64,000 bases of DNA from Hymenobacter sp. (GTDB lineage: Bacteria > Bacteroidota > Bacteroidia > Cytophagales > Hymenobacteraceae), in contig NZ_DASVSI010000145.1 in the NCBI RefSeq assembly GCF_036388155.1, positions 13,047-77,046 on the forward strand, in the 5' to 3' direction. Shown in pieces: positions 27,984 through 36,299 of this stretch. The notes under the pieces were generated by a model. That model saw only the letters and a list, made by a program, of their open reading frames with translations, did no database searches and had not been told where the DNA came from. Numbering within the stretch: position 1 is the first letter of the stretch; every line of letters starts with the position of its first letter. A program made the position numbers and the translations under genes.

Positions 27984-29312
27984 ATGTCTAAGCAAAACAC
28001 CATCGCCATCGTGGGGCGGCCCAACGTGGGCAAATCCACGCTATTCAACCGCCTCGTGGGCCAGCGCAAGGCCATCATGGACAACGAGAGCGGCGTTACC
28101 CGCGACCGCCATTATGGCTACGGCGACTGGATTGGCAAGAACTTCACCGTCATCGACACGGGAGGTTACGTGCACAATTCGGAAGATATTTTCGAAGGTG
28201 AAATCAACAAGCAGGTAAAGCTAGCCATTGAAGAGGCCGACGTGGTCCTGTTCATGGTAGACGCGGAAGCCGGCGTGCACGGCCTCGACGAAGAGTTTGC
28301 GCACGTGTTGCGGCGCTACATGGGCAAAAAGCCCATCTACCTGGTGGCCAACAAGGCCGACACTAACCTGCGCGCCCACGGCGCTGGCGAGTTTTACTCG
28401 TTGGGTCTGGGCGAGGGCGAGATTTTTGCCATCAGCAGCCAGAACGGCCACGGCACCGGCGAATTGCTGGACGCTGTGGTGAGCCACTTCGACGACCCAG
28501 GCGTAGAAGAGCCCGAGTCGGAAATCCCGCGCATTGCCGTGGTCGGCCGCCCCAATGTGGGCAAGTCGAGCCTGGTAAACCTGCTGTTGGGCGAAGACCG
28601 CAGCATTGTGACCGACATTGCCGGCACCACCCGTGACTCGATTTCGGCGCGCTACAACGCGTTTGGCAACGAGTTTATCTTGGTGGACACGGCCGGTTTG
28701 CGCCGCAAGGCCAAAGTGACCGAGGACATCGAATTCTACGCCAACATGCGCAGCCTGCGTGCACTGGAAGAGTGCGACGTCTGCATTGTGATGCTCGACG
28801 CCAGCCGCGGCATTGAGGCCCAGGACGTGAACATCATCACCCTGGCCGACAAGAACCGCAAAGGCATTGTCATCTTGGTGAACAAGTGGGACTTGGTGGA
28901 AGATAAAAATACCAACACCGCCAAGGAGTTCGAAGCGAAAATCCTGGAGAAGATTGCGCCCATCGCGTACATCCCCGTCATTTTCGTGTCGGTGCTCAAC
29001 AAGCAGCGCGTGCACAAGGCCATAGAAACGGCCATTGAGGTGTACCACAACAAGCGCCGCAAAATCCCGACTTCGCAGCTGAACGACATCATGCTGAAGG
29101 AGATTGAGAAGTACGGCCCGCCGGCGCTGAAAGGCAAGATGATTCGCATCAAGTACGTGACGCAATTGCCCACGCACAACCCGGTGTTTGCCTTCTTCTG
29201 CAACCTGCCGCAGTACGTGCAAGCCAACTACACGCGCTACCTGGAAAACCGCATGCGTGAGCATTTTGACTTCAGCGGCGTGCCCATTGGCATTGTGTTC
29301 CGGAAAAAATAG
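27984..29312 (+). CDS. der: Ribosome biogenesis GTPase Der (EngA)
   Basis: Two GRPNVGKS P-loops, DTGG/DTAG, NKAD/NKWD, KH-like C-terminus. Confidence 0.97.
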   Translation: MSKQNTIAIVGRPNVGKSTLFNRLVGQRKAIMDNESGVTRDRHYGYGDWIGKNFTVIDTGGYVHNSEDIFEGEINKQVKLAIEEADVVLFMVDAEAGVHGLDEEFAHVLRRYMGKKPIYLVANKADTNLRAHGAGEFYSLGLGEGEIFAISSQNGHGTGELLDAVVSHFDDPGVEEPESEIPRIAVVGRPNVGKSSLVNLLLGEDRSIVTDIAGTTRDSISARYNAFGNEFILVDTAGLRRKAKVTEDIEFYANMRSLRALEECDVCIVMLDASRGIEAQDVNIITLADKNRKGIVILVNKWDLVEDKNTNTAKEFEAKILEKIAPIAYIPVIFVSVLNKQRVHKAIETAIEVYHNKRRKIPTSQLNDIMLKEIEKYGPPALKGKMIRIKYVTQLPTHNPVFAFFCNLPQYVQANYTRYLENRMREHFDFSGVPIGIVFRKK

Positions 29313-29483
29313 CGCGGCGCGGCGGTAACGTCCAAAAGGCTCTTTTTGTCAATTTCTTATAAACCTTGGTTGGGGTGGGTTACCTTCTATAAGCTCGGGT
29401 ATAAAGCCCCGAATTTGGAACCCGTCGCTGGTGGGTGCTCGAAGGTTAACTCGATTTAACATCAATATCTAACCCAACCCAAG

Positions 29484-29735
29484 ATGAAAAAAGTATTGTT
29501 CCTCGCCCTGGCCGCTGCCTCGTTCTCGTTCACCGCTTGCGAAAGCAAGAAAGAAGAGGCTGTTGAACAGTCGGCTGACAACGTAGAAGCAGCTGGCGAA
29601 GCCAAAGCTGAAGGCATGGAAGCCTCTGCTGACTCGGTACGCGAAAGCGCCGATGCTAGCGCCGACAAAATGGAAGCTGGTGCCGACAAAATGGCTCCTG
29701 CTACCGAGACTCCCGCTGAAGAAGTTAAGAAGTAA
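29484..29735 (+). CDS. Small acidic Ala/Glu-rich lipoprotein
   Basis: Lipobox FTAC19; repetitive AD(N/S/K)(V/M)E units; own terminator. Confidence 0.8.
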   Translation: MKKVLFLALAAASFSFTACESKKEEAVEQSADNVEAAGEAKAEGMEASADSVRESADASADKMEAGADKMAPATETPAEEVKK

Positions 29736-29754
29736 TTCTTGCTTCCAAGAGCAC

Positions 29755-29791
29755 AAAAAAGCCCCACCGGCAACGGTGGGGCTTTTTTTTT
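29755..29791. terminator. Bidirectional terminator
   Basis: A6-GCCCCACCG-GCAA-CGGTGGGGC-T9 between convergent genes. Confidence 0.85.
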
Positions 29792-30380
29792 ATTCCCCCA
29801 AGGTTGTTTCGGGGGTGCCCAGGCGCCGGTTCAGCAAGTTGTCGACCACCTCAAATAGGCGGCGCGGCTCGTAGGTGCGCCATGGCAAATCGTCGAGCTG
29901 GCCACCAAAATTGATGTAGTTGTCGACGTTGTATTGGTGCATTTCGCGTTGCACGTGCTCCTGGAAGTTCACGCCCGCAATCCAGCCTTCTTCCACGTCC
30001 TCAAACCATTCCTCGTAGTACGAATCGTCGGAGCCGTGGAAATTGAACACGTTCTCGCCCACCAGCACAAACTTGCGCACGCCCTCGTGCACCAGCACGT
30101 CCACGATGTTGCGCTTCAGCTCCATGATGTCGTTTTCGATGGCGTCGTTCCATTCTCCAATGAATTCGAGCACGGCCACGCCGTCCTCGTAGTCCACAAA
30201 CAGTATTTTCAGGAACAGCGTGTCCGACCCCAGGCTGTCCCATTGCGGGTGGATGTAGTACCCGTATATGGTATTGGTGAAGCTCTCGAGACTATTCTCG
30301 GCTTCAAACAACGGAGAACGAGGGTCTTCCGAAGCCGAATATTGGTCAATCCAGTTGTAGTGGGGCTCGATGGTGTGCAT
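29790..30380 (-). CDS. Conserved acidic hypothetical protein, possibly STAS-like
   Basis: 196-aa ORF with biased codon usage; YIHPQWD, GEWND, FHGSDDSYYEEW. Confidence 0.75.
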   Translation of the reverse strand: MHTIEPHYNWIDQYSASEDPRSPLFEAENSLESFTNTIYGYYIHPQWDSLGSDTLFLKILFVDYEDGVAVLEFIGEWNDAIENDIMELKRNIVDVLVHEGVRKFVLVGENVFNFHGSDDSYYEEWFEDVEEGWIAGVNFQEHVQREMHQYNVDNYINFGGQLDDLPWRTYEPRRLFEVVDNLLNRRLGTPETTLGE

Positions 30381-30497
30381 GATAGGGAAGGAGGGGTTTG
30401 CTTAAAACGCACCATCGTGCGTCCGGTTACCCATTTCGCTGCCAAGCGAACGGCGTTTTCTAACGCCAAACCTGCCCACCCGCGTTCCTGTTCGGGC

Positions 30498-31292
30498 TTA
30501 GCGCGCCATCAAGGCGGCGCGCACGCTGCCGTGTTGTTTCAGCAGGGCAGCCGCTTCCGCTTCGTCAATGCCGAGCTCGTCCATCAGCATCCGTTCGCCG
30601 CGCTCCACCAACTTCACGTTGGAAAGTTTCATGTCGACCATCTTGTTGCCCCGCACGTAACCCAACCGCACAAACGTGGCCGTGGTGAGCATGTTGAGCA
30701 CCATTTTCTGCGCCGAACCAGCCTTGAGGCGGGTGCTACCGGTCAGAAACTCCGGGCCCGTCACCACTTCCACGGGGAATTCCGCAGCCGCAGCCACGGC
30801 CGAGCCCGCATTGCAGACCACGCAGCCCGTGGCCACGCCCATGGCGCGCGCCTGCGTGAGGCCTCCTATCACGTAAGGAGTGCGGCCCGATGCGGCAATG
30901 CCCACCAGCACGTCCTTGCTGCTGATGCTGTGCGCCTGCAAGTCCTTCCAGGCTTGTTCGGCGTCGTCTTCCGCGCCCTCCACCGCCACCCGAATGGCCG
31001 AGTCGCCGCCCGCCATGATGCCCACTACCATTTCGGCGGGCACTCCAAACGTGGGCGGGCACTCCGAGGCATCCACCACACCCAACCGGCCACTGGTGCC
31101 AGCACCAATGTAAAAGAGCCGTCCGCCCGCCCCGAGCCGCGCCACCGTCACTTCGACCAACTGCTCTATCTGAGGCAGTGATTTGGCCACCGTTTGGGGC
31201 ACTGTGTGGTCGAGCTGGTTCATGGCTTCCAGCACAGCGGTGGTGGAAAGGGTCTCGAGGTGGTCGTAGTAGGAGGGGGATTCGGTGGTCAT
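30498..31292 (-). CDS. murQ: N-acetylmuramic acid 6-phosphate etherase
   Basis: GAGTSGRLGVVDASECPPTF, GIAASGRTPY, TGPEFLTGSTRLKAG, MVDM. Confidence 0.95.
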   Translation of the reverse strand: MTTESPSYYDHLETLSTTAVLEAMNQLDHTVPQTVAKSLPQIEQLVEVTVARLGAGGRLFYIGAGTSGRLGVVDASECPPTFGVPAEMVVGIMAGGDSAIRVAVEGAEDDAEQAWKDLQAHSISSKDVLVGIAASGRTPYVIGGLTQARAMGVATGCVVCNAGSAVAAAAEFPVEVVTGPEFLTGSTRLKAGSAQKMVLNMLTTATFVRLGYVRGNKMVDMKLSNVKLVERGERMLMDELGIDEAEAAALLKQHGSVRAALMAR

Positions 31293-31301
31293 GCGGTGGG
31301 A

Positions 31302-31565
31302 TTATATCAAGTGGCCAATGACGGCAAAATTATCAAATACATTGGCCGTGTGCGGCGCGTCCTTGTCAAGCTCCGCCGTGAGGTCTTGCCCCGCCCAGTG
31401 CTCGTAGTGGTTGCCGCGCCGCCACAGGCGCGACTTGCTCACATCATAAATCTTGCCCTGGTACGCCACCCAGATTTCGTCGCGGTCCTGCCCGTTGCGC
31501 AGGGCCAGCTGGCCTTTGGTATAAGTTTTAGTTGTCAGTTGTTCGTTGTCAGTTGTCTGGCTCAT
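31302..31565 (-). CDS. Cytochrome b5-like heme/steroid-binding domain protein
   Basis: IWVAYQGKIYDVS, HYEHWAGQDLT, APH. The only in-frame ATG near the domain is at 31565. Confidence 0.85.
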   Translation of the reverse strand: MSQTTDNEQLTTKTYTKGQLALRNGQDRDEIWVAYQGKIYDVSKSRLWRRGNHYEHWAGQDLTAELDKDAPHTANVFDNFAVIGHLI

Positions 31566-31624
31566 GAGGTAACAGGTGGGCAATGCAATGCTAACAACTG
31601 ACAACGAACAACTGACAACTAAAA
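31526..31624. repeat. 31-bp perfect inverted repeat built from 7-mer units
   Basis: 31526-31556 TTTTAGTTGTCAGTTGTTCGTTGTCAGTTGT is the reverse complement of 31594-31624; units GTTGTCA/GTTGTTC. Confidence 0.95.
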
Positions 31625-31625
31625 C

Positions 31626-32783
31626 CTAACTCAGCAGGGCTTGCAGCCGAATCCAGCGTTGCGGCAAGTCGCCCTGGGAGGCGTTCAGGTAGTCTTCGTA
31701 AGTGCAGGGCACCACGCGTTTCACGGCGTTGTCGCCTAGGCGCTCTACCTCCATCCACCACTTGTCGGCGCGGCGCGATTTGTAGAACACCAGCTTGTCG
31801 GGATTGCCGGGCAATACCACGGTGTAGGTAAGAAAGCGAAACGTGCCGAAGCCGGTTTCGGGGCGGCGGTGGTAGAAGCCTTCCACGAAATACCACAGCA
31901 TGGTGGCCAGCGTGGCAGCGGCCAAGCCGTTGGGGTCGATGTCGGCCCGGTAGCCGTACAGGCCAAAAGAGCTGAGCTGCTCGTTGTGCCCGGCATACCA
32001 GCACAACTGGGCCGCGTCTTCGTTGCTGAGGCCAAAAGGGTTGGCCGGGTAGTAGCCGGGCGCGTCCTGCCACCGCAATGCCGCAATGTCCACGCTCATA
32101 AAGTCGGCCTGGCGCACCAGTGGCTCGGCCTGGCGGCGGTCCGCCCGCACTTCGCCCACGCTCATGGTTTCAAAATGCAGCTTTTCCAGCGCCACCAGCA
32201 CTTCCGGGGGCGTGAGGTACTGCTGGTGCGCCAGATGCGCCAGGCTGAATATGAAATTGGGCTCGTGCACCAATTGGCGGCGCAAGTGGCTTTCCTCGGG
32301 CGCAACGCTGGAGTTGGGCTCGGCCATGTCGGCCCGCGAGTCTACTACCGTAAAGCTGATGGGGCGGTCCTGCGCTTCGTAGGCCAGGAACTGGCCGTAG
32401 TCCAGGTCGTGGCTGCCGCCAAGCAGCACCGGCACCGTGTTTTCTTCCAGCAGGGCGCCGATGATTTCGCGCAGGCGCTGGTAGGTGTCCTCCAGCGTGA
32501 GGCCGGGCCGCAGGTTGCCCAAGTCCACCAGCCGCACGTTGCCCGTCCCTTTTTGCAATTGGTAAAACCGCTGGCGCACCTCGTTGGCGCCGTGGCGCCG
32601 CGCCGACGGGGGCCCTGCCGCGCTGCCCCGCCACTCGTCCAAGCCCACAAGGGCCACGTCAGCAGCGCGCCAGTCGGGGAAGTTCTCGGTGAAGCGGGTA
32701 GCGTAGGCCGCCAGCGTAGTGGGCACGGGGGCGGCTTCGGTGAGCGTTTCCGGCAGAGGGTCAAAAAACAGGGCCAGGTTCAT
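31626..32783 (-). CDS. Arginase/formiminoglutamase-family protein with degenerate metal motifs
   Basis: DLGN, LLGGSHD, VVDSRAD, SVDI, PANPFGL; extra C-terminal domain. Confidence 0.8.
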   Translation of the reverse strand: MNLALFFDPLPETLTEAAPVPTTLAAYATRFTENFPDWRAADVALVGLDEWRGSAAGPPSARRHGANEVRQRFYQLQKGTGNVRLVDLGNLRPGLTLEDTYQRLREIIGALLEENTVPVLLGGSHDLDYGQFLAYEAQDRPISFTVVDSRADMAEPNSSVAPEESHLRRQLVHEPNFIFSLAHLAHQQYLTPPEVLVALEKLHFETMSVGEVRADRRQAEPLVRQADFMSVDIAALRWQDAPGYYPANPFGLSNEDAAQLCWYAGHNEQLSSFGLYGYRADIDPNGLAAATLATMLWYFVEGFYHRRPETGFGTFRFLTYTVVLPGNPDKLVFYKSRRADKWWMEVERLGDNAVKRVVPCTYEDYLNASQGDLPQRWIRLQALLS

Positions 32784-32981
32784 CAGGGACGGAAAGGCAA
32801 GCGCCCAAAATTACGCAGGAAAAAGGCGCATTTGTGGGCTTTTTGACTGTTTTTGCTCCCCGTTTGGTTTTTGCTTGTAGGCACAACGCTAGGACAACCG
32901 AAACGTTGCCGTAGCATTGCCCGAAAAAAAGCTCTTTATTTAAACTGAAATTCACTCATTCCGCTTTTTCCACCCCCACCC

Positions 32982-34763
32982 ATGGACGTTCGCCGCGCTT
33001 TCGATATCCTGCCTCACCAACTGGCCACTTCGCCTAAAAGTGACGCTTTAGCCGCCAAGACTGACGGTCAATGGGTACCCAAAAGCACCCAGCAACTGCA
33101 AGACGAGGCCAACCTGGTCAGCCTGGGCTTGGTGGCCTTGGGCCTCAAGCACGGCGACAAAGTGGCCATCATCAGCATGAACCGGCCCGAGTGGATGCTG
33201 GCCGATTTCGGCATCTCGCAGATTGGCGCCGTGAGCGTGCCTATGTACCCGAGCATCACCGTCGAAGACTACAAATACATTTTCACCGATGCCGGCGTAC
33301 GCGCCGTGTTCGTGGCCGACGAAAAGCTATACGACAAGGTGAAAGAGGCCACGGCTGGCCTCGACATTCCGGCGGAAAACATCTTTACTTTCGACCGCAT
33401 TGCCGGCGCTCGTCATTTCGACGAATTGCTGGCTTTGGGCAAGAAAGGCAACGCCGCCGACCTAGAGCCCCTGAAAGCCGCCGTGCAGCCCGACGACTTG
33501 CTGACCCTCATCTACACCAGCGGCACGACCGGCAGCCCTAAGGGCGTCATGCTCAGCCACGACAACATCTTGAGCAATTGCCGCAGCTCGCAGCGCTTCG
33601 TACCCGTTACCAAGGATGATAAGGCGCTGAGCTTTCTGCCTTTGTGCCACATTTTCGAGCGGATGGTTACCTATCTCTACATGTTTAACGGCGTGAGCAT
33701 TTACTACGCCGAGAGCATGGAAGTCATTGCCGACAACCTGCGCGAGGTGAAGCCCCAGATTTTCACCACCGTGCCGCGTTTGCTGGAGAAGGTGTACGAC
33801 AAGATTGTGGCCAAAGGCCACGAGCAGGAAGGCGTGAAGAAAAGCCTGTTCTTCTGGGCGTTGGACTTGGGCTTGAAGTTCGACACGCAGAAGAACCAGG
33901 GCTTCATGTACAACACACAGCTGGCCCTGGCGAACAAAATCATCTTTAATAAGTGGCGCGACGCCTTGGGCGGCAACTTGCGCTGCATCGTGAGCGGCGG
34001 CGGTGCCTTGCAGCCGCGCTTAGCGCGCGTGTTCTGGGCCGCTGGTATTCGGGTGATGGAGGGCTACGGGCTGACGGAAACTTCGCCCGTGATTGCGGTG
34101 GGCGGCTACGAGCCCGAAAACAACATGATTGGTACCGTGGGGCCGATTATTGACAACGTTGAGGTCAAGATTGCGAGCGACGGCGAGATTCTTACTAAGT
34201 CGGCCTCGGTAATGAAGGGCTACTACAACAAGCCCGACCTCACGGCCAAGGAGTTCGACGAGGAAGGCTGGTTCCACACCGGCGACATTGGCGAACTGGT
34301 GAATGGCAAGTTCTTAAAAATCACCGACCGCAAGAAGGAAATGTTCAAGACCTCGGGCGGCAAGTACATTGCCCCGCAGGTTATTGAGGGCAAGCTGAAA
34401 GAAGACCCGCTCATCGAGCAAGCCATGGTGGTGGGCGCCGACCAGAAGTTTCCTTCGGCCTTGGTCATCCCCTCATTTGCCGACCTAAAAGGCTGGTGCA
34501 AGCGCAACGACGTTGACTGCAACTGCTCCAACGAGGAACTGATTAAGAACGAGAAGGTAGTGGACCTCTACGAGGACCTGGTGAAGAAGTACAACAAGAG
34601 CTTCGCGCAATGGGAGCAGGTGAAGCGCATTGTGCTGCTGCCGGAGCTGTGGAGCGTGGAGACTGGCGAACTAACGCCTACCATGAAGGTGAAGCGCAAG
34701 GTCATCACCGAGAACAACAAAGACTTGATAGAGGGCCTGTACCATCACGCCGAGAAGCGGTAG
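32982..34763 (+). CDS. Long-chain fatty acid-CoA ligase (AMP-dependent synthetase)
   Basis: IYTSGTTGSPKGVM, GYGLTE, WFHTGDIG, ITDRKKEMFK. Confidence 0.93.
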   Translation: MDVRRAFDILPHQLATSPKSDALAAKTDGQWVPKSTQQLQDEANLVSLGLVALGLKHGDKVAIISMNRPEWMLADFGISQIGAVSVPMYPSITVEDYKYIFTDAGVRAVFVADEKLYDKVKEATAGLDIPAENIFTFDRIAGARHFDELLALGKKGNAADLEPLKAAVQPDDLLTLIYTSGTTGSPKGVMLSHDNILSNCRSSQRFVPVTKDDKALSFLPLCHIFERMVTYLYMFNGVSIYYAESMEVIADNLREVKPQIFTTVPRLLEKVYDKIVAKGHEQEGVKKSLFFWALDLGLKFDTQKNQGFMYNTQLALANKIIFNKWRDALGGNLRCIVSGGGALQPRLARVFWAAGIRVMEGYGLTETSPVIAVGGYEPENNMIGTVGPIIDNVEVKIASDGEILTKSASVMKGYYNKPDLTAKEFDEEGWFHTGDIGELVNGKFLKITDRKKEMFKTSGGKYIAPQVIEGKLKEDPLIEQAMVVGADQKFPSALVIPSFADLKGWCKRNDVDCNCSNEELIKNEKVVDLYEDLVKKYNKSFAQWEQVKRIVLLPELWSVETGELTPTMKVKRKVITENNKDLIEGLYHHAEKR

Positions 34764-34851
34764 GAGTAAGAAGAGGTAGGGAGTGAGAAGCTTGAAGCCG
34801 AAGGATTGGGTTATACCTTTATGGCAAACTATCATTTCTTATTTCTTTTTA

Positions 34852-35628
34852 ATGAAACACTCTCTACTCTTTGTGTCTGCCATCTGTGTGGGAACATTGC
34901 TTAATGGCTGTAAAGGCAAAGACGGCGACCCCGGACCCGCAGGTCCGGCCGGACCAAGCCTCACCGGTGGCATCGTAGGCTTCATGGATACCATGGACGA
35001 ATTTGGTGTCACACAGGCAAAAAATGGAGTAACGGTGACTTTGGAGAACGTCACACCTGCCGTCACGGTTACTACCGATGCCAGCGGCCGTTACGAACTG
35101 GCCAATGTAAAAAGTGGTACCTACACCATGGTATATACCAAGCCCGGCTATGGTACCATCAAGGTGCAAGGCTACCCGCACGTTGGTGGCAGCCAGCCCA
35201 GTTTTCTTTACACGCGCCAGCTTATGGGCGTTTCGGGTACCACGGTTACCTCGACAGCGGTAGGTCCGATTCAAGGCACGGGAGCAAACCGGTATCGTCT
35301 GATAACGGCCGCTCTTGCCAATCCTAGCCAGTCCATAAACCGGGGGCTTCGTGCCCACATGTTCCTTGGGACTTCGGCCACCGTCACCTCAGCAACCGGG
35401 GTTAGCTACTTTAGCGGCTCTTCGAATGGCTCTACCAGTGATTTCTATATGGAAGGCCCGGCTCTTAATCAGCAGGGCTTCGCCAGCGGCTCAACCGTAT
35501 ATGCTATCATTTACGGTGCTCCTTACGGATACGGAGAAGACAGCTACACCGACATCATGACGGGTCGCCGGGTATACACTTGCCTGAACCCGAACGGTAC
35601 GCGCGTGGTGTCGTTCATTGTACCCTAG
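34852..35628 (+). CDS. Lipoprotein with short collagen-like repeat and carboxypeptidase-regulatory-like Ig domain
   Basis: LNGC lipobox, GKDGDPGPAGPAGP, TTDASGRYELANVKSGTYTMVYTKPGY. Confidence 0.75.
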   Translation: MKHSLLFVSAICVGTLLNGCKGKDGDPGPAGPAGPSLTGGIVGFMDTMDEFGVTQAKNGVTVTLENVTPAVTVTTDASGRYELANVKSGTYTMVYTKPGYGTIKVQGYPHVGGSQPSFLYTRQLMGVSGTTVTSTAVGPIQGTGANRYRLITAALANPSQSINRGLRAHMFLGTSATVTSATGVSYFSGSSNGSTSDFYMEGPALNQQGFASGSTVYAIIYGAPYGYGEDSYTDIMTGRRVYTCLNPNGTRVVSFIVP

Positions 35629-35655
35629 TTTGGGTATTAGGATTTGCTGTATTTG

Positions 35656-35690
35656 AAAAAAGTCGTCTGAATTTTCAGACGGCTTTTTTT
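35656..35690 (+). terminator. Intrinsic terminator
   Basis: AAAAAAGTCGTCTGA-ATTT-TCAGACGGCTTTTTTT. Confidence 0.8.
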
Positions 35691-35698
35691 GTTATAAA

Positions 35699-35716
35699 TG
35701 TTATGCAAGCCTAACA
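35699..35716. promoter_or_regulatory. Putative MarR operator 1 (TGTTATGC-AA-GCCTAACA)
   Basis: Near-palindrome 9 nt upstream of the -7-like TAAGTTTA (35726); matches the sites at 40075 and 40143. Confidence 0.7.
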
Positions 35717-35752
35717 AATTATTCGTAAGTTTACCGCTCTTACAGCCCGCTT

Positions 35753-36232
35753 ATGAAACCCGAAGAAACCGTAGACTACAACATTAAAGTGGCCTGGCAC
35801 GCGATTTCGCGGATGTATAACACCCAGGCGGCGCAAAACGACATCACTACCAGCATCGGCTTCGTGTTGTTGAACATCGACCAGGAGAAGGGCACGCCGG
35901 CCACCAAAATTGCGCCGCTGCTCGGCCTCGAAACCCGCAGCCTCACCCGCATTTTGCGAAGCATGGAGGAAAAGGGCCTCATCTACAAGCAGGCCGACTC
36001 GGTGGACAAACGCTCGGTGCGCATTTTCCTCACGCCGCTTGGCTTGGAGAAAAAGGAAGTGTCGCGGCAGACCGTGCGCCACTTCAACCTGAAAATGCGG
36101 GAAAAAATCTCGCAGAGCCAGCTTGACAACTTCTTCAAAGTGGCCGCCCAGATTACGGGCATGATTGAGGGCAAGACCCTCTTCGAAGACTTTGTGCTGA
36201 AACCCTTGCGGCAGGAGCCCTCGGCAGCCTAA
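35753..36232 (+). CDS. MarR-family transcriptional regulator
   Basis: wHTH with LTRILRSMEEKGLIYK and DKRSVRIFLTPLG. Confidence 0.92.
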   Translation: MKPEETVDYNIKVAWHAISRMYNTQAAQNDITTSIGFVLLNIDQEKGTPATKIAPLLGLETRSLTRILRSMEEKGLIYKQADSVDKRSVRIFLTPLGLEKKEVSRQTVRHFNLKMREKISQSQLDNFFKVAAQITGMIEGKTLFEDFVLKPLRQEPSAA

Positions 36233-36299
36233 AAGCAGGCGGCGAACGGCTTTTGCCACCCCACTTCATTTCTTTCCCACCCCTTCACCCCATCAGAGG

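Noticed and set aside
32870-32892. Fourth MarR operator upstream of the acyl-CoA ligase
   Set aside because: Only the left half (TTGTAGGC) matches and the right half does not. Noted as a half-site only.
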